From: a virus
Direction: 5' to 3' (one strand)
Length of the DNA stretch: 64,000 nucleotides
Virus record (IMG/VR): IMGVR_UViG_3300045988_170943
Location: 96,001 to 160,000 of that record
The notes beneath the pieces were generated by a model that did no database searches, had not been told where the DNA came from, and saw nothing but the letters and a program-made list of their open reading frames with translations. A program made the position numbers and the translations under genes. This document shows, piece by piece, positions 49,133 through 59,233 of the stretch (positions are counted from its first letter, which is position 1; every line of letters begins with the position of its first letter).

Positions 49133-50056
49133 ATGAGCGACACCAACACACCTGAACCCACACCGAATCCGGGACCAGAAGCACCAGGAAACCCGGACGT
49201 GGAGCCATTTGGGAAGACAGACAGCAGTTTTCATGACTACACGCCGTCAGCAACCAGCACTCCGGTCGTGCCGCCGCCATACCCCGCAGTGAGCAGTTTG
49301 GGTGAGTCCCATCTACCGGCTGCAAGCACGGCGACCCCATACCAGTGTCCCCAGCCACCCAATAACTGGTCCAGTCAGGGTGGCTGGGGACAGGACAGTG
49401 CTACAGCACAGGACCCAGCATCCGTTGGGACGTACCCTGGTGACACGTGGTGGCAGCACCGGCAGTCTCAGGGCCCATACGCTCCCCCACCTGCCACGCC
49501 AGCGCTGTCCACCCTGGCAGATACTGGTTATGGGCATGATCCTGACGACATGAGCAAGCCGCTCTATGGGGCCACGTTCGGTCAGGCGGTAATTCGGTTC
49601 TTCAGCCGGTACGCCAGGTTTAAGGGCTACTCCTCCAAGTCTGAGTTCTGGTGGGTGTACCTGTTCGACTGTGTTGTTGGGGCTGCGTTCGCGTTCCTGT
49701 TGTTCCTGTCGTTCATGCCGATTCTTGGTTCTGTGGAGTTTGAGGAGCGGGCGAACGAGGCTGCTATCAGGGCTGGTGCACCTGATGCGATGATTCCGAT
49801 GATGTTGATCGGCCTGTGTATGTTCGCGTACTGGCTCGGAACCCTTGTCCCCAGGGTTGCTTTGACGGTGCGTCGATTGAGGGACACTGGCCGTGACTGG
49901 CCCTGGATTTTTGTGGCGTTCGTCCCCTACATTGGCGGGATCCTGTTGATGATCCTGTGTGCCCTGGACACGGACATGGGGCAGCACCGACCAGAATGGG
50001 AGGACACGCCCAAGGTGCCAAGTAGTCATATGTCGATACCAGGCATGGTCTCCTGA
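49133..50056 (+). CDS. DUF805-family inner-membrane protein with a proline-rich N-terminal extension
   Basis: N-terminal about 140 aa is Pro/Thr-rich. Then FSRYARFKGYSSKSEFWWVYLF (DUF805 signature) and several TM helices. Confidence 0.6.
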   Translation: MSDTNTPEPTPNPGPEAPGNPDVEPFGKTDSSFHDYTPSATSTPVVPPPYPAVSSLGESHLPAASTATPYQCPQPPNNWSSQGGWGQDSATAQDPASVGTYPGDTWWQHRQSQGPYAPPPATPALSTLADTGYGHDPDDMSKPLYGATFGQAVIRFFSRYARFKGYSSKSEFWWVYLFDCVVGAAFAFLLFLSFMPILGSVEFEERANEAAIRAGAPDAMIPMMLIGLCMFAYWLGTLVPRVALTVRRLRDTGRDWPWIFVAFVPYIGGILLMILCALDTDMGQHRPEWEDTPKVPSSHMSIPGMVS

Positions 50057-50262
50057 CGATCACACCGCTAGTTGCTGATGGCACTATCGCCCATGAGCGT
50101 GTTGTCGGCCAGCAGGCAGTATCCACCCCTCCTCACAGTGCGAGTCCAGTGAAAACTGGCCGCATGGGGGAGGGGTTGGTTCTGTTGACCTGGGGGCGTG
50201 GATCTGCTAGCATTGGCGCTATTAGTGTAGTCGCCCACCAGTGAAGAATAGGAGACCATGTT

Positions 50263-51102
50263 TTGACTATCTATGACTCTGGGAAGATCCGTGAAGACAT
50301 CGGGAAAATTCTTTCATCCCTCCTGTACGTTAAGGATAGGCATGGGGTGAAGAATAACCCTCATGTTGCATCCTTCATCGACGCAGCCTACAACGTCAAC
50401 ACTGCCCTTAACGTCAATGACGACCTTGTGGAGAACAACGATGAGGTGTTTGTGCGGGCCATGAATGTCCTCAGTGACCTTAAGCGCTTGAAGGATCTGC
50501 TGGACAGTCTGAAGGGCATCAAGGTCACGAACTTCCCACCCAGGTACCAGGCGCAGATCAACGGTATCACAAACAGTCTTGGTGCAGTGTGGGAGAACAG
50601 GGCCACAAGTACCCTCGACTACATTCGGGAGTACACCACCAGTAGTGACTTCATGACCCTAAAGGATGCGCTAAAGAGGGCGTCCTTAAACACGTCGCTG
50701 ATCTCACCTAAGGACTATCTGAAACAGGAGCCAGAAAAAGCAGGCGAGGCTGTTCTTGATGAACCTGCTGTTCAGGCGAACAACAAGGTTGAGGAAAATG
50801 GGGGCCACTCTGACACTCACCAGGAAACCACCAACGATAATAGTGGAGGCCAGGAAGCCACTGATGGGAAGGGCAGGAGTGAAACAAGGGCACCCCAGAA
50901 TGAGGAGGATCAGGGCCCGGACAGTGACACCCAAGGCAACCCCAGTAGGGAGAAGCCTGTAAGCGACCTGTACCAGGAGAAGATAGCAGAACAGGGCGAC
51001 GAGCAGGCGACACGGGAACAGGAGTTCCAGAATGCTTTGAGTGATCTTGAGGGAATGTTCGCACCCGACCTGAGTGAGGCGGTTCTCGACGGCGGCGAGT
51101 AG
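50263..51102 (+). CDS. hypothetical acidic protein
   Basis: 279 aa. C-terminal half is low-complexity and acidic. Confidence 0.45.
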   Translation: MTIYDSGKIREDIGKILSSLLYVKDRHGVKNNPHVASFIDAAYNVNTALNVNDDLVENNDEVFVRAMNVLSDLKRLKDLLDSLKGIKVTNFPPRYQAQINGITNSLGAVWENRATSTLDYIREYTTSSDFMTLKDALKRASLNTSLISPKDYLKQEPEKAGEAVLDEPAVQANNKVEENGGHSDTHQETTNDNSGGQEATDGKGRSETRAPQNEEDQGPDSDTQGNPSREKPVSDLYQEKIAEQGDEQATREQEFQNALSDLEGMFAPDLSEAVLDGGE

Positions 51103-51223
51103 CCCACTGCCGTTGGCGTTTCCGTATCCTCTGAACTACGATGCAGCACACTAAGGTTAGAAACGTGCCTGGCAGCAAGATACAGCACATCGAATATACA
51201 CGACAAGGGGCAGGTGCAAGCGC

Positions 51224-52297
51224 ATGGTGAAGTACCATATCTCTGACGGGGTGGCACGTAAGTGTGACGCAACTAAACGGCCTTGCCCTGTTGGTGCCTC
51301 GCCCAGTGAGCACTACCAGTCTAAGGCGGAGGCATATGCCGCCTATGCTGCGCAGAACGCACACAACCTCTTCGCTCTCGGCACCAACTCTGGCCTGGCT
51401 GCGAAGGTGAAGCGGTTCGTCGCCGTGGGCGGGGTTCTGGCGTCCATGTGCTCGGTGGCGGCCTGTGGGACCATTGACACGGACGAGACCCCGGAGTGGA
51501 AAGCCATTGAGCAGCAGCAGTCTGACGCTCAGGGACAGGCTGATCAGGAGAAGGCCAATGATGGGTACGGCAAGGTCAAGGATGCTGCGAAGAACAAGTG
51601 GGGCAAGGCTAAGGAGAAAGCCGGGAAGGTAGGCCAGGACCTCAAGGAGGCTACCAGCCAGACAGACAGTGGGGGGCCTGGAGGCACCGGCGGCAACAGT
51701 GGGGCAGGCGGCGACGTTTTCTTCCACGGTAAGTCACTGACCCCGACCGCCGAGGAGATCCAGCAGGCGAAGGATGATTTAGCGGGGTTGAAGGTCGCGC
51801 CCGAGAACGATGCCAGCGGCTACAACCGCAAGGAGATGTTCGGTGACTTCGACAGGGGGACGGTTGCTGCGGTCGAGCAGAGGGATGTCACCTACAACGC
51901 CTCTTTCAACGATGACGGTCGAGCAGAGGACGGATCGGCGTTCCGAGACCCCTACACCGGTAAGGTTGTCACAATCGTCAAGGGCAGCAGTCATGACGCC
52001 GACGTGGATCATGGCGTGCCACTGAAAGAAGTTGTCGAGTCAGAGGACCCGGAGCATCCGCTCAGCGCACAGGAGCGGCACCAGATCGCCAACGACATGG
52101 ACAACCTGCAACTGGTCGGGTCCCATGAGAACCGCTCCAAGGGCGATAAGGATCCGGCAACCTACATTCCCTCATATGAGCCCGCCCAGTGCAAGTACAT
52201 CATCTACTATGTGTCGGTCAAGTCGAAGTATCACCTGAGCGTTGACCCTGCTGAGAAGAACAGGATCCAGGAAGTTCTCGTCACGAAGTGCTCATAG
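51224..52297 (+). CDS. secreted lipoprotein with a DUF1524 (HNH/His-Me finger) nuclease domain
   Basis: Lipobox VAAC after a signal peptide; Gly/Lys-rich linker; DVDHGVPL...NLQLVGSHENRSKGDKDP, the DUF1524 HNH-like motif. Confidence 0.65.
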   Translation: MVKYHISDGVARKCDATKRPCPVGASPSEHYQSKAEAYAAYAAQNAHNLFALGTNSGLAAKVKRFVAVGGVLASMCSVAACGTIDTDETPEWKAIEQQQSDAQGQADQEKANDGYGKVKDAAKNKWGKAKEKAGKVGQDLKEATSQTDSGGPGGTGGNSGAGGDVFFHGKSLTPTAEEIQQAKDDLAGLKVAPENDASGYNRKEMFGDFDRGTVAAVEQRDVTYNASFNDDGRAEDGSAFRDPYTGKVVTIVKGSSHDADVDHGVPLKEVVESEDPEHPLSAQERHQIANDMDNLQLVGSHENRSKGDKDPATYIPSYEPAQCKYIIYYVSVKSKYHLSVDPAEKNRIQEVLVTKCS

Positions 52298-52365
52298 TGT
52301 GGAGAATCCTCCGCGCCTGCCCGCAACACACGTTAGTCAACACCTGTAGAATAAAGTACTCCCGT

Positions 52366-52893
52366 ATGAAAGGACTCACAACATTGGCAACAATCATCAC
52401 CCCAGAAGACGGCACAGACCACAAGGTAGACCTGTTCCTCGCTGGCGGCATCACCAACTGCCCCGACTGGCAGACCGAGGTCACACACATGCTAACCCAC
52501 CTCGACATCAACATCGCCAACCCCAGACGCCCCTATGGGCTGGAGAAGACCGGAGACGAGGCGGCACGACAGATCTCCTGGGAGCACGAGATGCTGGACC
52601 GGGCAGCCGTCACCATGTTCTGGTTCCCGGCCGGAGCGACACAGCCCATCGCCCTGCTGGAACTGGGCAGGAAGATGACCCAGGACCGCCCACTTGTTGT
52701 CGGTACTGACCCCAACTATGAGCGGTCATTCGATGTGCGGCAGCAACTCTGGCTGGAGCGGCGAGAGAAGCCCTACCACCACCTGCCAGACACGGCCCTG
52801 GAGGCGGCGGAGGCGTGCTACAGGGTAAAGGGGAAGTGGCTGCCAGCAGACGCGGCAGTACACATCATGAAACGGGGTCTTAGTGAAAACTAG
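52366..52893 (+). CDS. nucleoside 2-deoxyribosyltransferase-like (Rossmann) protein
   Basis: VDLFLAGGITNCPDWQTE resembles the YLAGP...W motif of deoxyribosyltransferase/DNPH1-like families. Weak assignment. Confidence 0.4.
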   Translation: MKGLTTLATIITPEDGTDHKVDLFLAGGITNCPDWQTEVTHMLTHLDINIANPRRPYGLEKTGDEAARQISWEHEMLDRAAVTMFWFPAGATQPIALLELGRKMTQDRPLVVGTDPNYERSFDVRQQLWLERREKPYHHLPDTALEAAEACYRVKGKWLPADAAVHIMKRGLSEN

Positions 52894-52957
52894 CGCCTCG
52901 ACACCTGACTATCTCACACCTGCAACACGCCAGAACATTCCCCGAAGGAACCCGCCG

Positions 52958-53359
52958 ATGACTACACGAACACCACCTGCTGCCCCCATTGCGGTCGAGT
53001 GCGTCTCTATCACCGAGATCCCTGGCCGTGACGCGGTGACCGTTCTGAATGAGACCGTGTTCGGGCCGTTACGCTCCGACCCGAGACAGTTCACAGGCAT
53101 GCTGCGCTCATTTTGCACCATGGGGCGCGCCCAGTTAGCGGAGGACATCAGGCGCGCCCCAGCGGATGCACTCGTGCCAGTAAGTGGCGCGAATAGGCTG
53201 GCCGGGGCGGTGATGGAACTGAAACTGTGCCTGACTGAGGGTGGCGACTTTGTTCTCCTGACCCTGTTCGGCGGGAAAGCAGACCCGGCGACGACGTTGC
53301 GTGACGCCCTGGAGCACGCCATCAAGGTACTGAGCGTTGTTGAGGCGGAGTACTCCTGA
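52958..53359 (+). CDS. hypothetical protein
   Basis: ATG at 52958 after gaaggaa. 133 aa. Confidence 0.4.
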   Translation: MTTRTPPAAPIAVECVSITEIPGRDAVTVLNETVFGPLRSDPRQFTGMLRSFCTMGRAQLAEDIRRAPADALVPVSGANRLAGAVMELKLCLTEGGDFVLLTLFGGKADPATTLRDALEHAIKVLSVVEAEYS

Positions 53360-53788
53360 CCCCTGGCCCCCATGGGATCAGATGCTCAGGTCTCTCACAC
53401 CTAGGGCACTCGGATTCTCCCCTGCAAACTGGCTCAACAGGTGTTGACCCTTGCGGTTTGCGTGTACGTATAGTAAAATGCCTGCTAGAGCAACCATACC
53501 CACACCGAAACACCCAGAAAAGAGCCCGACGCCAATGACCAGCAACCAGCCACCAGGCAGCATCTATGTCGTCATCAACGAGAACGGTGACATCAGGACT
53601 GGTGGCGGCTCATCCTCCCGGCCCGCAGTGCACGCCTACACCTCAGAGAAGGAAGCCCGCACCTATGTGAAACGGGCAATGAACTCTTACCGCCCTCCCA
53701 GATACAGGATCGTCGAGTACCGTCTCGCACCCCTGAAGTGAAATACTACTAGGCCGGAAACCAGAGAGTGAAAAAGACAGGTATCTGA

Positions 53789-54466
53789 ATGGGCAAACAC
53801 GCACGAGACAACCACACTCCCCCCGCGACCGGGATTGGACTCACAGACATCATAAGCATTGACGACTCCCCGTCCGCGCGCGCATCTTTCGAGTCGCTAC
53901 TCACTCGAAGCATCAGGTACGTACTCAGGTCCATCCTGTACTTCTCCAACGACACTGCCGACGCCGTGTGCCTGTTCGTGAAGTTCGACCACGGTCAGCA
54001 GGTGCGTGTCATGCCCATGTTTCGGTACGGACGTGACCTGCTCAGTATCGACGAGGCGTCCGCAATCACCGGAACCAGCCAGGAGGAGATTGACAACTGG
54101 GTGGGCGGCTTCCTGGGAAACTACATCACAAAGGAACTCATACCCCTGTTCCGCACCTACCACAAGGCCGTACCGGAGTCTGTGTGGTGCTTCTACGACC
54201 TGACCGAGGAGCAGGACACGGGTGAGGATGCGCAGCACACACACCTGACCTGGCGTACCACCGACCTCGTTCCAGAGTACCCGCCCCATAGCAGTGCCGC
54301 CCCTTACCTGGCGAACGAGTGCACGAAAACAAACACCCCCAGAGATACCGGCTCAGACATCGATCATGGTGACATCGACGACGAGTTGCGCCAGTGGGTT
54401 CACCGCACCATGAAGGTACACCTAGGGCTCACAGAGTCAAGGTCGCCCCGAAGATACTCCAACTAG
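53789..54466 (+). CDS. hypothetical protein
   Basis: 225 aa. Confidence 0.45.
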   Translation: MGKHARDNHTPPATGIGLTDIISIDDSPSARASFESLLTRSIRYVLRSILYFSNDTADAVCLFVKFDHGQQVRVMPMFRYGRDLLSIDEASAITGTSQEEIDNWVGGFLGNYITKELIPLFRTYHKAVPESVWCFYDLTEEQDTGEDAQHTHLTWRTTDLVPEYPPHSSAAPYLANECTKTNTPRDTGSDIDHGDIDDELRQWVHRTMKVHLGLTESRSPRRYSN

Positions 54467-54544
54467 AGTAGAACAGCCATCCTCGACCTGGCGCGAGGGT
54501 GCTTAGGGGCAGGTTGCTTCTAGAACCTTCTGGTATCTAAATTC

Positions 54545-54585
54545 GAAGGCCCTGAACACGCTGTGCTGATGCGTTCAGGGCCTTC
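54545..54585. terminator. bidirectional hairpin terminator
   Basis: 13-bp stem gaaggccctgaac / gttcagggccttc with a 15-nt loop. Lies between convergent genes 53789..54466 and 54631..54822. Confidence 0.5.
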
Positions 54586-54630
54586 TCCTGACACTACTCC
54601 CGCTGCAATCACAGGAGAGCAGGGGAAAGG

Positions 54631-54822
54631 TTAATCCTCTTCCTCATCATACTCGCTCCAGGCCCCTACTGTGAAGACGCCTGAGGACCACCCCTTTGAC
54701 TCGCCATAGTCAAAGTCTCCATCATGGTAGACACCCGAGTCAAAGTCGTCCTCCGTGAGGTCTCTTGGGTCCACCCCCTGAAGGTTACGAAGGTACTTGT
54801 CCGTGTAATCGCGGCGGGCCAT
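54631..54822 (-). CDS. small acidic hypothetical protein
   Basis: 63 aa. Confidence 0.4.
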   Translation of the reverse strand: MARRDYTDKYLRNLQGVDPRDLTEDDFDSGVYHDGDFDYGESKGWSSGVFTVGAWSEYDEEED

Positions 54823-55238
54823 CTAAATGCGCCTTTCCTTAGGTGTGTTGCCGGTTGTCCACTACTGGGGACCTACAGTCGTACCCGACTATATATCGCA
54901 AACACGCAGAAGTCAACCCCTTAAGAGAAATGTGAGCGCACTATCAGCATTCTTTAACACACCATTAAAGATATTCCGTTTCGTTACTTAACATGCGGGG
55001 AGACATGACTCACATATACGTTACGGTAAGATAGCGGGTCATGATAGACTGGACAACATGTTCTTGCAGATGAGGCAACTGGGTTTGAATACGGTCGCCC
55101 TGCCGCGTATTGGTTCTGGGGTGGGTGGCTGTTCTACTGTAGTCTGACGTTGTTACTATTTCTCTACCTGTACTGGCGTGCTTTATTGATCCTGTGTTAA
55201 GATGCACACGTACTACTTCTTTGAGGGAGGCTCACCGG

Positions 55239-56768
55239 ATGCAGTCTAAGACTGTTGTGTCTCGCACGTATCCTCGTAGACCGTATGCTGCGTTCAGTAA
55301 GAGTGGTGAGCCTCTGGATCTCAAGGAGGTTCTGGATGGTATCAGGCGGGATGTGGAACTGGTCTCCTACTATGCTCTGCAAGAGATGACGGAGCAGAAC
55401 CTTGCCCTGGTGATCTACTTCGACAAGTACAAGCCCGCCGAGGCTGGGCGAAGGATGGGACTGTACCTCCCCAGTGAGGTGAAGAAACAATTCAAGAGCG
55501 GCAGTTCCAGATTGGAACGTATGTTCAGAGAACAGGTAGTCGTCAATTTGAGATCCTGGGCCGCCCGAGTCAATGCCACTAACAGGACGTATGATGGTTA
55601 TATTTCGGCCGGGTGGAGGAGAACAGTCAGGAACTCCAAGCCGTCATCTATGCAACCTAGGTTGGCCCTGTCTGCTACAGATAAGGGCTATCACAAGAAC
55701 TTCAGTGTCACACCAGAACGTATCTCTCTTGACATGGTTGTCCAGGGGCGATGGGTGACCTTGCACTTCCCGACACCACCGCAGTTGTTGGAGGATAGTT
55801 GTGAGCCGGGCGTGCCGGACATCTGGGTTAACAAGAACAACAGGGTCATGTTCGGATTCCATGGGAAAACTAATCCAGGTAGGCCGGAGTTCTCCAGCCG
55901 CTATGTTGTTGGCGTGGACGTCGGGGTGACTAACCCGGCTGCTTATGTGGTCTGGGATACCAAGAACAAGGAGATTGTTGAGCAGTCCCTACTTGGGCAG
56001 CGCTCCAGATCGCTGAGTAACAAGATCAAACGCGGGATCAGACAGGTCGCCTCCCTGAAGAGAAAGGGGAGAGATGAGGAGGCCGCTCTTCACAGGACTC
56101 ATCTGTCTAATCGCCGTAAGGAACTGAGCATTCTCGTTGCTCAGGAGATCGCGGACGCGGCCTGGAGGCACGGCAATGCTCTGGTAGTGTTCGAGGATCT
56201 GAGCCATATTAAGAACACCATGAAGTTCGGTCGCTGGTTCAGGGGTGAGGTGTACAGGCGTACTCGGGACATGGTTGAAGCCGACGGCGGCAGGGTCCTC
56301 AAAGTCAATGCGGCCTACACCTCGAAGAGATGTCATGTCTGCCAGTCTGACCTGGACATGAGCGACTACAGTAGCCCCGTGTGTCACTCATGCGACATTA
56401 CCCACCACCGAGACATCAACGCGGCGGCGAACATCGCCCAGCGAGCCAACCATGAGAAGGCGTGCCAAACACGGAAGCGGCACACCACGAAGACGAAGTG
56501 TGTTCGCCGCTCCAAGTGCCGTACGAGACCGCTGAAGCATCCTGGTACGAAGAACCGGCCGACTCCTAAGGCGCCCCAGAACAGACCGAAAACTCTTGTT
56601 TGCTCACCTATCCCTAAGATGGAGGTGAGCAAGGGAATGTGCCCCGCAGAGTCTAGGGTTTCTGCGGTGGACCACGATACGTGGTTTCAGACAACCAGCG
56701 GCACGACGAATCCGAAGGAGAACCTATCTGTTGCAAGTGCAGTAGATGTGGTTTATCTCAAGGAATAG
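55239..56768 (+). CDS. tnpB: TnpB-like (IS605 OrfB family) RuvC + zinc-ribbon nuclease, second solo copy
   Basis: RuvC-I VVGVDVGVTNP, RuvC-II VVFEDLS, zinc ribbon CHVCQ...CHSC, RuvC-III HHRDINAAANIAQRA. gagggagg SD before the ATG at 55239. A basic C-terminal tail of about 120 aa. No tnpA. Confidence 0.8.
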   Translation: MQSKTVVSRTYPRRPYAAFSKSGEPLDLKEVLDGIRRDVELVSYYALQEMTEQNLALVIYFDKYKPAEAGRRMGLYLPSEVKKQFKSGSSRLERMFREQVVVNLRSWAARVNATNRTYDGYISAGWRRTVRNSKPSSMQPRLALSATDKGYHKNFSVTPERISLDMVVQGRWVTLHFPTPPQLLEDSCEPGVPDIWVNKNNRVMFGFHGKTNPGRPEFSSRYVVGVDVGVTNPAAYVVWDTKNKEIVEQSLLGQRSRSLSNKIKRGIRQVASLKRKGRDEEAALHRTHLSNRRKELSILVAQEIADAAWRHGNALVVFEDLSHIKNTMKFGRWFRGEVYRRTRDMVEADGGRVLKVNAAYTSKRCHVCQSDLDMSDYSSPVCHSCDITHHRDINAAANIAQRANHEKACQTRKRHTTKTKCVRRSKCRTRPLKHPGTKNRPTPKAPQNRPKTLVCSPIPKMEVSKGMCPAESRVSAVDHDTWFQTTSGTTNPKENLSVASAVDVVYLKE

Positions 56769-56967
56769 TCATACGCTTGCACTGGGATGAGGTGCTTTAT
56801 ACGATCAAGGAGGCGGCGAAACTACACCCTGGTATTGACGTTGAGGTGTGGGAGTTCTCCGTCAGGTGACCGTCCCTGAACACCCTACTAACATCAGGGC
56901 GGCCTGGGACACCAAACGTCGATATATCATGGTTGACAGGTGATCGGTCGAGACTCACAAAGGATAG

Positions 56968-57390
56968 TTGGCGCGCATGTATGAGATAGAGGAAGGCACT
57001 GTTGTCGTCGAGTGTGACGGCAGGGTGCTGGCATGGTCTGACGGGGTGTTCACTGGGGACAAGGAGATGCAGAGGTATGCGGCCTTGGCGATCTCCACGA
57101 AGTCCATTGTGACGCTTGAGGGAGCACTGGAGGTGGAGTGCGACGGGGAGACGGCTCTGGGTGCGCTTGGTGCCATGTTCGTGTTCTGCCCTGGCCGTAC
57201 CCATGTTGTCGAGTGTCCTGCCTATGTGAAGGCCCTCCTGGCTAGTGCGCGTACACTGGTCGATTCTGAGGACCCGTCAGCATGGGGCGAACCCGATGAA
57301 GACGACGACAGCCTCGACGACACTGGCCTTAAACCAGACTCCAAGGTTTCTGAGGTCGTTACTGGCTCCACTGAGGGGGATGTTGCCTGA
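56968..57390 (+). CDS. hypothetical protein
   Basis: 140 aa. Its stop overlaps the start of the next gene (TGATG). Confidence 0.45.
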   Translation: MARMYEIEEGTVVVECDGRVLAWSDGVFTGDKEMQRYAALAISTKSIVTLEGALEVECDGETALGALGAMFVFCPGRTHVVECPAYVKALLASARTLVDSEDPSAWGEPDEDDDSLDDTGLKPDSKVSEVVTGSTEGDVA

Positions 57391-59048
57391 TGTGCAGGTC
57401 CATTGAACAGGGTGGTAGGCGTTGCCCTTGCGGTCAGCCGGAGCGTCGTGCAGCGTACCGTCGGGCGCTGAAAGCCAGACGTAAGGCAGAAGCCATGTTG
57501 CAGGTGGCTGTGACCGTCAGCGACACCCCAACAGGCGGCTCCGGGGGCTTGTCGGGAGGGGCCTCCGCGTCAGCAGATGATCTGGTGGACCCGAGTACGC
57601 CAGCGGGCACTGCCACAGATTCAGTAGACGCCACAGGCGTTAGCACTAATGCCGGGTTGACACCACAGGAGAAGTACGCGACATTCGAGTCCGTCAAGGA
57701 ACTGCTCGCCACCCCAGACCGGGACAAGGTGATCGAGGAGTTCGGTGGCGAGGTCAACTTCACCACCCACATTGGTAGCGTTATCGCCGGTGAGGCCATG
57801 GCTCGCGCTGGTATCAACGTTGAGGAGGTGCCCGCCCTCAACCAGCAGTACAAAGAGGACCTGAACAGGCGACGTAAGGAACTCAACGCGGAGCAGGATG
57901 CCGCACTGGACACTATTGCGGAGTTGCGTGCGGCCGCAGAAGACAGGCTAGACCCATACGCCAGGATGAACCCGAAAGAGGTCCGTGAGGCCGCCAAGAA
58001 CGAACCTGAGGTGGTGGCCGCCAGGGAGCACTACGAGAAGTTGTTCAACGAGCACGAGGCCGTCATGAATGAGATCATGAGAGGCGGCGACTACGGACGG
58101 GAGACGATGAAGAAGGCGTCTGACGCCTACATGGAGGTTCTTCAGGAGGTGCGCCCGTTCGGCGGGGACCACGACTGGCACCCCAACAGCCCAAAGAAGG
58201 ACGTGAAAACGTTCAACAATGCTCTTAGACACTACCCGTCCGACTGGATCAGGGCCTCCGCAAAAGACGACTACAAACCTAAGGTAAAGACCACGAAGGT
58301 GCGAGCCCACTACAAGGCCAGGGCGAAACAGACATCCAGGAAGAAGATACCTGTCACCACTATCATAGGCAGAAACGACAGGCCGTCCCCTTCCATCATC
58401 CCCATGCTCAACGCTGACGGGACACCCGTACTTCAGGAGGTCACTGGCCCTGGTGGCGTTGGCATACAGATGGCGCCTGTCGGCCAGTTGGCTACAGTCA
58501 AGAGCACCCTGGTGTCAGCAGAGTGCACAGACGAGTACATGAAGACCATCAAACCAGCCGGTAAGGGGTGGAGCCTGTACCGTGACGAGAACGTAGTGTG
58601 CTGGCGTCGCCCTATGGAGGAGTACCAGACCCGCATATACAGTGCACCGGAACTTCTCACCACAGACAACAAGCGGGAGACCATGCCTGGGGTCACTGAC
58701 CGCGACTCCAAGGCTGTACACGAACTGGCCCACAGGTTCGAGCACGTTAACCCGAAGATCAAGGCCCTGGAGGACGAGTACCTTCGCAGCCGCCTCACCA
58801 AGGATGACCGTCTGGAGCCCATTTACGAGACGTTTGAGGAGGACGACGAGAAGGAGGTTGGTTACCGTGATCACTTCCTGCACCACTACATGGGCAAGGT
58901 GTACGAGGATGGATCCAGAGAGATCATGTCTATGGGTATGGAGGGCCTGTTCGGTGGCCAGTCTGGTGGCCTGATCGGCTTAAGTAATGATGGTAAGGCG
59001 GACACTGGGATGCGTGATTTTGTTCTTGGGACACTCGCGTGGAGGTAA
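57390..59048 (+). CDS. hypothetical protein with an N-terminal Cys cluster
   Basis: 552 aa. The N-terminus MCRSIEQGGRRCPCGQ is a possible small zinc-binding motif. Confidence 0.5.
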   Translation: MCRSIEQGGRRCPCGQPERRAAYRRALKARRKAEAMLQVAVTVSDTPTGGSGGLSGGASASADDLVDPSTPAGTATDSVDATGVSTNAGLTPQEKYATFESVKELLATPDRDKVIEEFGGEVNFTTHIGSVIAGEAMARAGINVEEVPALNQQYKEDLNRRRKELNAEQDAALDTIAELRAAAEDRLDPYARMNPKEVREAAKNEPEVVAAREHYEKLFNEHEAVMNEIMRGGDYGRETMKKASDAYMEVLQEVRPFGGDHDWHPNSPKKDVKTFNNALRHYPSDWIRASAKDDYKPKVKTTKVRAHYKARAKQTSRKKIPVTTIIGRNDRPSPSIIPMLNADGTPVLQEVTGPGGVGIQMAPVGQLATVKSTLVSAECTDEYMKTIKPAGKGWSLYRDENVVCWRRPMEEYQTRIYSAPELLTTDNKRETMPGVTDRDSKAVHELAHRFEHVNPKIKALEDEYLRSRLTKDDRLEPIYETFEEDDEKEVGYRDHFLHHYMGKVYEDGSREIMSMGMEGLFGGQSGGLIGLSNDGKADTGMRDFVLGTLAWR

Positions 59049-59233
59049 CTGCTTGAACACAAGATGACGCATAGGATGCAAGTAGCCGGGCCAGGAAGAC
59101 CTTTCAAAGGGTGCGACCTGGACCGGCTACTTGTTTGCTCTTAATCGACCACCACGGCGACTACACCATCAACATCGAGCACATAACGTCGAACGCACCC
59201 ACTCTCCCCCATGCACTCGCGTATTTCCACGAT

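Noticed and set aside
50708-51727. 339-aa minus-strand ORF spanning the 50263..51102 and 51224..52297 genes.
   Set aside because: Antisense to two better-supported plus-strand genes. Extremely Pro/Arg/Gly/Leu-rich.
55081-55100. gggtttgaatacggtcgccc resembling a tRNA T-arm (GGTTCGAAT-like).
   Set aside because: No matching acceptor or anticodon stems can be drawn in the flanks. I found no convincing tRNA anywhere in the window.
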